From assembly GCA_050951925.1 (NCBI GenBank), contig JBMNJZ010000001.1:464284-528283 (forward strand): DNA of 64,000 nt, given 5' to 3'. This DNA comes from Saccharofermentanales bacterium. Its GTDB lineage: Bacteria > Bacillota > Clostridia > Saccharofermentanales > DTU023. A program made the position numbers and the translations under genes. The notes below the pieces were generated by a model that searched no databases, had not been told where the DNA came from, and saw only the letters and a program-made list of their open reading frames with translations. Of the stretch, positions 1 through 8,653 are shown in pieces; position 1 is the first letter of the stretch, and each line of letters starts with the position of its first letter.

Positions 1-647
1 TCAACATAAAGCACTATTTCGCCAATATCATAAACATCATACTTCTGCCACTGACTTGTTGGCGGCCTTTTAACCTTTTCCGGATACTGGGTTATCTTAT
101 AGTCCTTAAGCACACTTGTAAAATTTTCTTTAACATTGACCCAGTTTAATTCGCTGCTTTCAAGGTCAAGCTTGGTCACTTGAGGCCAATCAACCGTTTC
201 CGCTTTTTGGAGCGATAACTTATATGCATATCGGCTGCCTGAACTATCCGCGAAAAATCTATTGTAACTAGAGCTATAAACATTGTCTCTATTTAGTATC
301 AACAGCGAAAAACCATTGAAATAATCAACGAAATCACTTGGATCCTTTTCCCATTTTATCTCAGAATTTAGGGGTTTAAAATTGGCACTAGGTTTTGTAT
401 TGGGGTCCAAGTAGTCTTCTTCGGCCGGTAGTTTGTCAACATAAAGCACTATTTCGCCAATATCATAAACATCATACTTCTGCCACTGACTTGTTGGCGG
501 CCTTTTAACCTTTTCCGGATACTGGGTTATCTTATAGTCCTTAAGCACACTTGTAAAATTTTCTTTAACATTGACCCAGTTTAATTCGCTGCTTCCAAGG
601 TCAAGCTTGGTCACTTGAGGCCAATCAACCGTTTCCGCTTTTACCTC
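1..647. repeat. 435-bp-period in-frame tandem duplication (copy 1-212 vs 436-647, one mismatch at 160/595)
   Basis: Direct comparison: tcaacataaagcactatttcgccaatatcataaac...ccgtttccgctttt occurs at 1-212 and again at 436-647. The offset is 435 = 145 codons. The only difference is t160 vs c595 (E vs G). Confidence 0.9.
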
Positions 648-734
648 CGCCGAAAGCCCAAGCGCGCCTGTCGGCAGCAACCCAAGACAGAGAGTTGCCG
701 CAAGCAATAAGATCAACAGCTTTTTCGTTTTCAT
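1..734 (-). CDS. secreted tandem-repeat protein, C-terminus beyond window edge
   Basis: Own reverse-strand translation; it is absent from the supplied track because it runs off the edge. ATG at 734 lies 7 nt after GGAGGA (742-747); an alternative ATG is at 740. The product starts M(KM)KTKKLLILLLAATLCLGLLPTGALGLSAEVKAETVDWPQVTKLDLGSSELNWVNVKENF..., a signal peptide followed by a 145-aa repeat unit. The frame stays open to position 1. GC is much lower than in the neighbouring genes. Confidence 0.6.
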   Translation of the reverse strand, partial: MKTKKLLILLLAATLCLGLLPTGALGLSAEVKAETVDWPQVTKLDLGSSELNWVNVKENFTSVLKDYKITQYPEKVKRPPTSQWQKYDVYDIGEIVLYVDKLPAEEDYLDPNTKPSANFKPLNSEIKWEKDPSDFVDYFNGFSLLILNRDNVYSSSYNRFFADSSGSRYAYKLSLQKAETVDWPQVTKLDLESSELNWVNVKENFTSVLKDYKITQYPEKVKRPPTSQWQKYDVYDIGEIVLYV

Positions 735-796
735 TTTCATATCCTCCGTTCGTGTTATCAAATCTATCTGTAGAACGCTTTTAAGCGGTATTACTG

Positions 797-3700
797 TTAC
801 CGGTGATCCCAGCCGCCGGGAAGTCCATGGGGGTCACGGCTCACTTGATGGTCGGTCAGGGTGTTGTCTTCCGTCACCTCGTCCCAAAGCTGCTGGGATA
901 TGCTGCGCTCGTACACTACGCTCACGGTATAGGACTTGACCTCCGTGCCGAGGGTGACCGTATACGTTACGGGCACGGCGAGGTTCACGACCTCCCCGGA
1001 TACGGGGCTGACCACGCAGCCCGAGGAAACTGTCACAGTGGGGGTGACCATGGTGACATCCGTGCCGTTTGGCAGTGTCACTTCGATGGTGCAAAGCACT
1101 TGGTCTATGACGGCCTCAACGCCTAATACGCTGAATCCAGTGATCTGCGGCCCCGCAGCAGGTGTAATAGGCGTGTCGCTGCCTGACGCTGTGATCGGAC
1201 TGCCGCTTTTATTGAGTACGCTCACCGTATAGCTTCTCGATGCCAGGTCATTGTCGCCGGAGAGCGTGTATGTCGCCGCCGAAGCAAAGTCCGTTGCCGC
1301 ACCGGAGGTCGGCGAGCAGGTTTTGCCCGTGAAGTCGATATCCGTTACAAGCCGCGTCGACGAAAGGTTTGAATCGTCCACTCCGGTGACGGTGACGGTA
1401 TTCTTATCGTTATCAATCACGCCGTCATACCAAATTCCACCGGCCTGCACGCGGAAGCGTGTAATCTCCGCCTGCGCCTTCGCCACAACCTTTATGCGGT
1501 ATGTATGTGTATTTGTGCCGTCTTCGGAGGTTACAACAAATGTTACCCAGTCGGAGAAGTCCGTCAGCGTCTTGCCGTCCAGCGCCGGGGTGACGGTTGC
1601 GCCATAGGATAAAGACGCCGAGAGGTATAGCTTTGTAACATCCGTGCCCTCGGTGACCGTGAAAAGAAGATCCGTGGTACCAAGCTCCCTGTTTTCCGTC
1701 AGCGTCCGCCCGAGAATCTGCCGGGGATTGAGCACGCTGTTCTGGATTGTGATGCTGTTGGCGTCTATCTCCGCACCGGATGCGCCGATATCCTCAAGGA
1801 GCACGGTGACATAATAGGTTTTTTGCGTTACACCATCTTCGGCAAGCACGGTGAACGGCTGTTCAATGCCCGCAACGAAAGTCACCGGCAGCGTGGGCGC
1901 AACGAGCGCAGCGCCCTCCGCAAAGGTGATGGCAGGCGTTATATTCGCAAGGGACATCCCCTCGGGCAGCGTGATTGCGATGGTGTTTCTGCCGCCCTCG
2001 CCGCCTTCGGTGATAACGCCCTGTTTCCCCTCTATTTCAAAGGCGGTGATAGATGCGTCCGCAGAAAGCTGACGCGAGAAATCAAACCGCCGGTAATACA
2101 ATGAGTAGGGACTCCCCTGACCGCCGCGCTCAAGGAAGTTCAAATACCACTGTGCGGCATAGCAGCCCTGATAGGTTGCCATGGCGTTATTCTGCACGCC
2201 GGAAGTGTGGTGAAAATACCCGCGGGACACATTGGCGAAGTTGTCCATCCAGTACTGCAGGGCGCTGTGCCCTGCCCCGTCCGAAAAGCGGGGATCAACA
2301 TGGCAGTCTATTCCCATGGAGCACAGCGCCATAATGACCCACGAGGCTGTTTCGCTGTTCACGGCCCCCCATGCTTTGAAGGAATAATTCGAGGCGTCCA
2401 TCTTGTTTATGATTATCTGAAGCCCTTCGTTCAGCTTTGACCGCACCCTTGCGCCGTATACCGGATCCGTGCGGTAGGGAGCAATGGCGTACATGATGCC
2501 CGCTACCATATCCGTATCGAACCCGTCGGAAAGATATTTGTGATTCAGAAGCACTTCAAGCAGCGCCTCCCTCGTCCAAACGGCGTTTTCGGGTATGGTA
2601 TAGGTGCCCATATCCAGTGCGATAAGTGCAAACACCGGGCCGTTTATGGTATAACTTCCCGCATAGTTATAAAGCACGGCGGCAAGGTCATCCACGCTAT
2701 TCCCCTTGCTGTCCGTATACGGCGCCCCGCCATTATATTGCGCCAGGTTGGAACAGTTGAAGCCGCGCGCGGTCATCGTCATGATCTTACGTGCGATGTT
2801 GGTCATGGCGACGTTTGTGGAGGTATCCAGTCCGCCGATACAGTCCGCCAGGCTGAACTCGTCGCTGTCGTTGGCGAGGCTGTTCTGATAGAAGCCCAAA
2901 TCCATCCATTCCCAGTCGTCCTCAGCCTCGGTGCGATAACGGGAGATGATGTTGCCCACCACGCGCTGTAGATCGCCCTTATATTCGTTTTCAGCGACGG
3001 TTCCGCTGAAGCTTACGGTAACAGTGTAAGTGCTCTGTGCTCCGTTTTCGGCAGTAACGACATAGGTGACGGGCTTCGAAAAATCCTGCGCCGTGCCGGA
3101 CGCCGGAGCAACCGTCGCAAAGGGCGAAACCTCAATTGTCGGGGCAAACGTGCTGCCCGTGCCCGCCGGCAGTGTCATGTTGATGGTTCCGCTTAGCTCG
3201 TCCACCGTGCCGCCGGCAGAGCCGTAGCAAAATGAGAGGATGCTGCTGCCGGTAGCGGCAGCGGTGCGGGTAACCGTCACGGTATAGGTCTTTGTCGTTC
3301 CGTCTTCGGCGGTGACGGTATATGAGTTGTCACCAACGGCAACCGTGTCCGGCTTTGCGGTAAGAGCGGCAAACTCGGCTAACTCTATTACGGGTTCCGT
3401 TGTGCTAAGGTCGGTGGCGTAAGGAATGGTTATGGCTATATTTGCATCGGTTACCGTACCCACAGCGTCGCCGATTTTATATGAAAGTATATCGCACTCG
3501 GCGGATTTCTGCGCCGTGACGGTGACGGTATAATCCGTTGCCAGGCTGTAATCACTGTTAGATACGGTGAGCGTCTGCGGCTCCGTAAAGTCGATATTGC
3601 CCGCGTCCATGCTTGTATGCGTGCCCGTATGGTCGATGACCGGAGAAAGGGAGGTCAAATCCGTGCCCACCGGCAGATTGAGCGTAATGGTCTTAGCGGT

Positions 3701-4945
3701 TTCATCTATCTTGCCGTAGCGGGTCACACCGTCCTCTGTCTTTATGGCAAAGGAGGACACGAGGTTATACGGGTCGCCGGTTTCAACTTTTACCTGCCAT
3801 AATGCGGAAAGGTCTGCACCCTTATTGAAGCCATAGGTATCTAACACGCCATCGTATTTAATGCCCGTGCTTTCCTCATATGGCGTAACGGTGTACAGTA
3901 ACTTTTTATTCTCAAAAGAGCCTGCCGTTAGCTTCACCGTCAGCCAGCCGGTCGTGCCGATCACGGGCGCAGGCAGTCTGCCCAAATCAGTGCCGGCAGG
4001 GAAACGAATCGTAATGGTCTTACTGGCGGCGTCAACTATGCCCTTGGAGCTGCCTACGGCGTAGGAGTCTATAACAGGCTTGGCGATTCGGTTCTGCTCC
4101 ACATAATCAAGGTAGAACGGAGCGACGGTCTCGAGCAAGGCTTCATAGTAGTCTCTGCTGAAGTATCTTATCGCGCCCCTTCTGGCAAACTGTTCCAGCA
4201 ATGAGCGCAGTTCCGTTGGCGCAGCCGCGTCAAAGCAGTCGAAGTCCGTGAACAGGGTGACGGAAGTGTCGTCGTCCAGCAGGCTGCCAAAATTGAAGGA
4301 GAGCATCTTCTTTCCAAGGTAGTACAGCAGATTGGCGTGAACAGGGTGATAATCCCCGACGGCAAGGCTGCCCGTCTTTCTCGCCTGATAAAGCGCCTCC
4401 ATTTTAATATTATACTGCTGCAGCATATTCAGCAGAGGGTCAAGCACATAGTCGATGATGGCCGCCTTTTCATCTTCGGTATTCTGCCTCCCGCCCCGGT
4501 CTTCCTGCGCCATGATGAACATGGGATAGCCGCGCCCGTCCGTCGCGCGGACATAATACTTGACCGGCCTGGAGTGATCCGCGGGAAGGCTTTCGAGCGC
4601 GGTAAACGTGCTCGGCTGCCTCCTGGTTCCTGCCCGGTCGGTATAAAACGACTCCGGGGCGAAAGTCGTGCTGCCGCCGCTCGGCACATTGAGTATGGGC
4701 ATTATGTCGAGCACTCCGCCGCCCATGGCAGTTGTACTGTAAAGCGTCCCTGCGGCATCGCGCACGGACAAAACATTCCCATACGGTGAGGCGGAACCGC
4801 CCGTCCAGCCGACAAGATACGGCCAGGTGGTCGAGGTCAAATCATCGTTGTCCCACGCCAGCGCGGCGGTCGGCAGCAGGCTGAGCGCAATTACAGCGGT
4901 CAGTACAGTCGCGAGTATTCTTTTTAACAGTGAGTTCTTTTTCAT
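797..4945 (-). CDS. 1382-aa secreted surface protein: unknown N-terminal domain, many Ig-like beta-sandwich repeats, central alpha/alpha-toroid (prenyltransferase/terpene-cyclase-like, transcobalamin-alpha-like) domain
   Basis: Track ORF with signal peptide MKKNSLLKRILATVLTAVIALSLLPTAALA. It has about 10 modules of the type ..ITLPxGTDLxxLxPxI....(T)YTVTV. Residues ~650-950 (nt ~2095-2990) read WEWMDLGFYQNS..INGPVFALIALDMG..ETASWVIMALCSMG..YQGCYAAQWYLNF, which resembles helical-hairpin toroid repeat proteins. No LPXTG motif is seen. Confidence 0.75.
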   Translation of the reverse strand: MKKNSLLKRILATVLTAVIALSLLPTAALAWDNDDLTSTTWPYLVGWTGGSASPYGNVLSVRDAAGTLYSTTAMGGGVLDIMPILNVPSGGSTTFAPESFYTDRAGTRRQPSTFTALESLPADHSRPVKYYVRATDGRGYPMFIMAQEDRGGRQNTEDEKAAIIDYVLDPLLNMLQQYNIKMEALYQARKTGSLAVGDYHPVHANLLYYLGKKMLSFNFGSLLDDDTSVTLFTDFDCFDAAAPTELRSLLEQFARRGAIRYFSRDYYEALLETVAPFYLDYVEQNRIAKPVIDSYAVGSSKGIVDAASKTITIRFPAGTDLGRLPAPVIGTTGWLTVKLTAGSFENKKLLYTVTPYEESTGIKYDGVLDTYGFNKGADLSALWQVKVETGDPYNLVSSFAIKTEDGVTRYGKIDETAKTITLNLPVGTDLTSLSPVIDHTGTHTSMDAGNIDFTEPQTLTVSNSDYSLATDYTVTVTAQKSAECDILSYKIGDAVGTVTDANIAITIPYATDLSTTEPVIELAEFAALTAKPDTVAVGDNSYTVTAEDGTTKTYTVTVTRTAAATGSSILSFCYGSAGGTVDELSGTINMTLPAGTGSTFAPTIEVSPFATVAPASGTAQDFSKPVTYVVTAENGAQSTYTVTVSFSGTVAENEYKGDLQRVVGNIISRYRTEAEDDWEWMDLGFYQNSLANDSDEFSLADCIGGLDTSTNVAMTNIARKIMTMTARGFNCSNLAQYNGGAPYTDSKGNSVDDLAAVLYNYAGSYTINGPVFALIALDMGTYTIPENAVWTREALLEVLLNHKYLSDGFDTDMVAGIMYAIAPYRTDPVYGARVRSKLNEGLQIIINKMDASNYSFKAWGAVNSETASWVIMALCSMGIDCHVDPRFSDGAGHSALQYWMDNFANVSRGYFHHTSGVQNNAMATYQGCYAAQWYLNFLERGGQGSPYSLYYRRFDFSRQLSADASITAFEIEGKQGVITEGGEGGRNTIAITLPEGMSLANITPAITFAEGAALVAPTLPVTFVAGIEQPFTVLAEDGVTQKTYYVTVLLEDIGASGAEIDANSITIQNSVLNPRQILGRTLTENRELGTTDLLFTVTEGTDVTKLYLSASLSYGATVTPALDGKTLTDFSDWVTFVVTSEDGTNTHTYRIKVVAKAQAEITRFRVQAGGIWYDGVIDNDKNTVTVTGVDDSNLSSTRLVTDIDFTGKTCSPTSGAATDFASAATYTLSGDNDLASRSYTVSVLNKSGSPITASGSDTPITPAAGPQITGFSVLGVEAVIDQVLCTIEVTLPNGTDVTMVTPTVTVSSGCVVSPVSGEVVNLAVPVTYTVTLGTEVKSYTVSVVYERSISQQLWDEVTEDNTLTDHQVSRDPHGLPGGWDHR

Positions 4946-5014
4946 ATATACCCCCTTTGCCTTTGGTTTGTTGGCGGAAATCCGGGTTCATGCGCCCATC
5001 TGCCTCATACGGGT

Positions 5015-5033
5015 GCGGCGGAAAAACCGCCGC
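5015..5033 (-). other. intercistronic GC hairpin (GCGGCGG-5 nt-CCGCCGC), no U-tract
   Basis: A 7-bp perfect stem sits in the 105-nt gap between the 427-aa and 1382-aa genes. It could be a stabiliser, a processing site or a weak attenuator. Confidence 0.3.
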
Positions 5034-5050
5034 AACGTCACTTCTGTCGC

Positions 5051-6274
5051 TTAGAAGTGAGACGTGTAGTCAGTGGTCAAAAACCATGTAAACCGCGCCG
5101 CATTGCCCAGCGGATAATCCGCTGCGCCTACCATGGGAACCTCACACGTCGGACTATACACACCGTCCATGTAGCACCAGCCGGACAGGGGGCCGGCGCT
5201 AAATTCACCCAGGCCGTTAAGCATGGAAAGATACGTGGCACTGCATGAAGTGGTATAGCTGAATAAGCCCTCTTCTTCTGCGAAATCGATGAAGGCCAGC
5301 ATAACGTCCATCACGCTGGCCGAGGTGCTGAAAATCGGATTGGTAGCATAGTAAGCAGCTAATGCTGTTGCGATTTCATCGATATTACTTGTGAACACAC
5401 CGCCGTAGTTCGGATCATTCTCCAGCTCAGTGAAATCGATGGCATATGTGCTTGCCGATATTCTGAAGCTAGTAGCGGGGTTCAGTACAGCTGATATGCT
5501 ATATTGTCTGGACGCCGTGCCGTTTGTAATGCTGAATGTGGGAGCAGCCGCACCCATGTTATAATAATAGTTCGTACCATTAACAATGACGCACCCCCCC
5601 GTCACAACGGAAGTGCCTGCGGAAAGAGAAAGTGTCATTGGAATAGTATTGCCGGAACCTTGATAGGTATAGCTGCCACCGATGTAATAAAGCATGGTGG
5701 CTGTATCCGTCCACAGGTAGTTGTTATCGAGGTAGTATCCGTTTCCAACATAATAGCTCTGCGCAACAGCGCCGTAGGCGTTTACCGTATTGTTGTTAAG
5801 CGTGACTGCGTGCACGCCCAGCGTATCGTTTTCGTCAATGGCAACATGACCTGCAAAGCCCGCTGCAAGATAATACGTATTACCGCTTACGGCAACCGAA
5901 TATCTGTTGTTCAGCAGGTTCAGCGTATAGGTGTAGGCATTGCCACTGGTTGATGTTGGAGTTACAGCAGCCGTGCCCGTCACAGTGGGGGTTGCGCCTG
6001 TTGTGGTTATAACAACGGTTATAGCCTGCAGATCCTCCAATGATACGGTTGCCGGAACCATTGCTCTGATATACTTGACATCGGAGCCGGTATTGTTGTC
6101 ATACTCGTAATATGCAGTCGTGCCACCAACAGTAACGGAGGATATTCCCGCCAGCGAGGTCACCTCAGTGCGTGCTGTCGGTCTGGTTCCTACTTCTGCC
6201 GTTGCAACGCCGCAAAGCGAGAACACCATTACGAGAGTAAGCAATACGGCCAATAGTTTTTTCATGTTCTTCAT
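5051..6274 (-). CDS. secreted protein with divergent C-terminal DUF4430-like (transcobalamin beta-domain-like) region
   Basis: ATG at 6274 follows GGAAGGAGGA. Signal peptide is MKNMKKLLAVLLTLVMVFSLCGVATAEV. The C-terminus reads ...LNGLGEFSAGPLSGWCYMDGVYSPTCEVPMVGAADYPLGNAARFTWFLTTDY. This parallels the SGWMYxVNxxxPxxGxxxYxLxxGDxIxWxYT pattern of the clear DUF4430 protein at 14716-15612. Confidence 0.6.
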   Translation of the reverse strand: MKNMKKLLAVLLTLVMVFSLCGVATAEVGTRPTARTEVTSLAGISSVTVGGTTAYYEYDNNTGSDVKYIRAMVPATVSLEDLQAITVVITTTGATPTVTGTAAVTPTSTSGNAYTYTLNLLNNRYSVAVSGNTYYLAAGFAGHVAIDENDTLGVHAVTLNNNTVNAYGAVAQSYYVGNGYYLDNNYLWTDTATMLYYIGGSYTYQGSGNTIPMTLSLSAGTSVVTGGCVIVNGTNYYYNMGAAAPTFSITNGTASRQYSISAVLNPATSFRISASTYAIDFTELENDPNYGGVFTSNIDEIATALAAYYATNPIFSTSASVMDVMLAFIDFAEEEGLFSYTTSCSATYLSMLNGLGEFSAGPLSGWCYMDGVYSPTCEVPMVGAADYPLGNAARFTWFLTTDYTSHF

Positions 6275-6405
6275 TTGTTCCTCCTTCCAAAAAACACGAT
6301 TATCCTTAGATTTGCGCAAATGCGCACACATCACCCCAATGGAGCCATCATTGAATTTACATCACCTCGCTCCCTGGTTGCCTGGTTTGAATAAAATATA
6401 TTTGT

Positions 6406-6846
6406 TTATCCAAGTCCTATCTCAAACTCATAAGCACGTTCCTTCGCCCCGTTCACTACGATAAGCGTCCTCGGGTCGAGCGTCAGATTCAGTACAGGCC
6501 GCCCGCCAAGGTCATCCACCACGCAGGGGCTTTGCGAGGAAACGGACGCGCCCGGCGCAAGCTCTATGTTGGCGATACAACGCTTGAAGTCCGTGTCTAC
6601 GGGCAGCGTGATATATATCACATAGCGGGTCTCGCCCTTTTCTGTCACGGCCCTGGCCTCGCCCACGCTTTCGCCGATGACGAAGCCCGTTATCGCCAGC
6701 GGGTCGTCCGAGGAAAGCGGGGTCTCGCCGTCCGTCAGCGCGTCGGTGGCAGGGGCTGTATCAACGGTAGGGTTCTTCTCCCCGGCACAGGCGCACAACT
6801 GGAGTGCACAGAGCAATATCGCCATGCCCAAGCAAAGCCTCTTCAT
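6406..6846 (-). CDS. small lipoprotein, single beta-sandwich-like domain
   Basis: The signal and lipobox are MKRLCLGMAILLCALQLCAC. The body contains an ..ITLPVDTDFKRCIANIELAPGASVSS..RAYEFEI module similar to the repeats of the 1382-aa protein. Its start overlaps the upstream stop by 4 nt. Confidence 0.6.
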   Translation of the reverse strand: MKRLCLGMAILLCALQLCACAGEKNPTVDTAPATDALTDGETPLSSDDPLAITGFVIGESVGEARAVTEKGETRYVIYITLPVDTDFKRCIANIELAPGASVSSQSPCVVDDLGGRPVLNLTLDPRTLIVVNGAKERAYEFEIGLG

Positions 6847-7316
6847 GATTCGCCCTCCTTAAGGAAGCGGAACACCCATTCCCGGCTGCCTTCGCCGTCA
6901 GTCACTGTTAACGCGGGCCGCCATACGGACAGGTCGATGGTGTAAACATCATCGTCAGCACCAAGCAAGCCGTTGCATTTGGCCTCATCTATGGTGCAGC
7001 CCTCGGGAAGCGTCACCGTCACCTCGACAGAGGCACGCTCATCCTCAGCAATGTAGGGTAGCATTATCCACCATGTCAGTCCCGTTTCCTGCCCGCCGAG
7101 GTTCTTCGACACGGTAAAAATGGCTTCTCCAGCGGCGGACTTTGCCGACAGGGGCGTCAAACTGTCCGCCCGCACCGGCGCGTAGATCGGCTCAAGCTTT
7201 GCGGAGCTATCCGGGCCTTCTGTCACACCTGCAGGGTTATCGTTCCCGGCGGAGCAGGCACAGCCAGCCGTCAGGAGCAATGCAGCGACCGTCAATATGC
7301 CAACGAGCTTTTTCAT
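6843..7316 (-). CDS. small lipoprotein, single beta-sandwich-like domain (paralog-like of 6406-6846)
   Basis: ATG at 7316 lies 5 nt after AGGAGG. The lipobox is MKKLVGILTVAALLLTAGC. The body contains a ..VTVTLPEGCTIDEAKCNGLL..ALTVTDGEGSREWVFRF module. Confidence 0.6.
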   Translation of the reverse strand: MKKLVGILTVAALLLTAGCACSAGNDNPAGVTEGPDSSAKLEPIYAPVRADSLTPLSAKSAAGEAIFTVSKNLGGQETGLTWWIMLPYIAEDERASVEVTVTLPEGCTIDEAKCNGLLGADDDVYTIDLSVWRPALTVTDGEGSREWVFRFLKEGES

Positions 7317-7330
7317 CCTAACCTCCTGTT

Positions 7331-8653
7331 TCACTCCGCCCTCAGTGCAGCGTTAACCGAGATACGCATAGCCCTCTGCGCCGGTATAAATGCCGCAATC
7401 AGCGCCACTACGCCGGCCAGCGCCACGCCGGCAAGCGCAAGCCAAGCGGGGATAATGCTCCGCACCTGCATGTTTTCAAACAGTACGGGCAGAAACTTCT
7501 GTGCAATGTAGCTCAGCCCGAGGCCGAATAAGCCGCCCAATATGCCAAGTATCAGCGCTTCTACCAGGAACATGCCCGATATGCTGCCCAGCGGCGTGCC
7601 TATCACCTTCAGTATGCCTATTTCCTTCGTCCTCTCGGTTATGGACATCATCATCGTGTTCGCGACGCCTATCGCGCTCACAAGCAACGCCACCGCGCCT
7701 ATCGCACCAAGCATTCCCTGTATCTGGCGGGACTGCATCCGCACGGTTTCCAGCATGTCGTTTAGTGAATAAACCGAAAGTCCGCTGTTTCGTATAAGCT
7801 TCGCTATCCTCTGCACGTCCTGAACCTTTTTCACCTTTATCCATACCAGCTCATACGTCGGGTCATCATTCTCCTCCTCCGCCAGCTGCTTTTCGTCCTT
7901 TGTTATACCAAGGTAGTCCGAGTTTGCGTCTATCAGCTCATTCAGCCGGTCGAAGTCCATGAACGCTGCCGCTGAATAGGTGTTGTTCAGTGTGGAACAT
8001 ATGCCCGTAACGTTGAGTGTATAGAAAATGCCCGTCGGCAGTGCGCGGCCGTCGCTGTCCGCCTGCTGTTCGCCCGAAAGGTTTGAATAGTCAAACGTCA
8101 GCTTTATTTTCGCCGCCAGCGGGTCTATCAGCGCATTGCCGTCCGCATCCACTGCCGCCGCCCAGTCGTTCTTAGCATCGGCAAACGTTGCCGCCACATC
8201 GTCGGTGAACATCACGTCCGGACGCAGCCGCGTCCCCTCCCCCGGAGCCTCCCCGCGCTCGGGCGCTATCTGAAAGCTGCCCGCCGTACTCACATCTATA
8301 CCGTATATGCGTACCATGTTCACAAGGTTAGAGCACTTTATATACGCACTCTTCTGCACCACCGGCGTCACCGCCTCCACGCCCTCTATATTCTTAAAGG
8401 CGTTCACGGCCTTTTTGTTCAAAAGCGCCGTTTTATCCAGCAGCGTTCGATCGGCGGGCGTTACGTCTATCTTTGTCAGGCTGCCCAGTTGTTCTATGCT
8501 TTCACGGTAGGTTGCTTCGTAGCCAAGACCAACGGAAATAAGTACTATCACGCACATGACCCCTATGGTCATGGAAAGCGCCGTAAGCACCGTCCTTGAT
8601 TTTCGCCGCCACAGATTTATGCAGCCATAGCGGAATAAATCAAAGAATGTCAT
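7331..8653 (-). CDS. ABC transporter permease, FtsX/MacB type
   Basis: There is an N-terminal TM, a ~250-aa extracytoplasmic domain, and three C-terminal TMs. The family-typical ERTKEIGILKVIGT segment is present. Start and upstream stop form an ATGA overlap. Confidence 0.8.
   Translation of the reverse strand: MTFFDLFRYGCINLWRRKSRTVLTALSMTIGVMCVIVLISVGLGYEATYRESIEQLGSLTKIDVTPADRTLLDKTALLNKKAVNAFKNIEGVEAVTPVVQKSAYIKCSNLVNMVRIYGIDVSTAGSFQIAPERGEAPGEGTRLRPDVMFTDDVAATFADAKNDWAAAVDADGNALIDPLAAKIKLTFDYSNLSGEQQADSDGRALPTGIFYTLNVTGICSTLNNTYSAAAFMDFDRLNELIDANSDYLGITKDEKQLAEEENDDPTYELVWIKVKKVQDVQRIAKLIRNSGLSVYSLNDMLETVRMQSRQIQGMLGAIGAVALLVSAIGVANTMMMSITERTKEIGILKVIGTPLGSISGMFLVEALILGILGGLFGLGLSYIAQKFLPVLFENMQVRSIIPAWLALAGVALAGVVALIAAFIPAQRAMRISVNAALRAE

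Noticed and set aside
6305-6335. Near-palindrome TTTGCGCAAATGCGCACA in the 131-nt gap between the lipoprotein gene and the 407-aa gene; considered an internal operator or promoter of the B12 operon.
   Set aside because: It is short and imperfect, with no adjacent -35/-10 hexamers that I could support. It may be worth rechecking if transcript data show an internal start.
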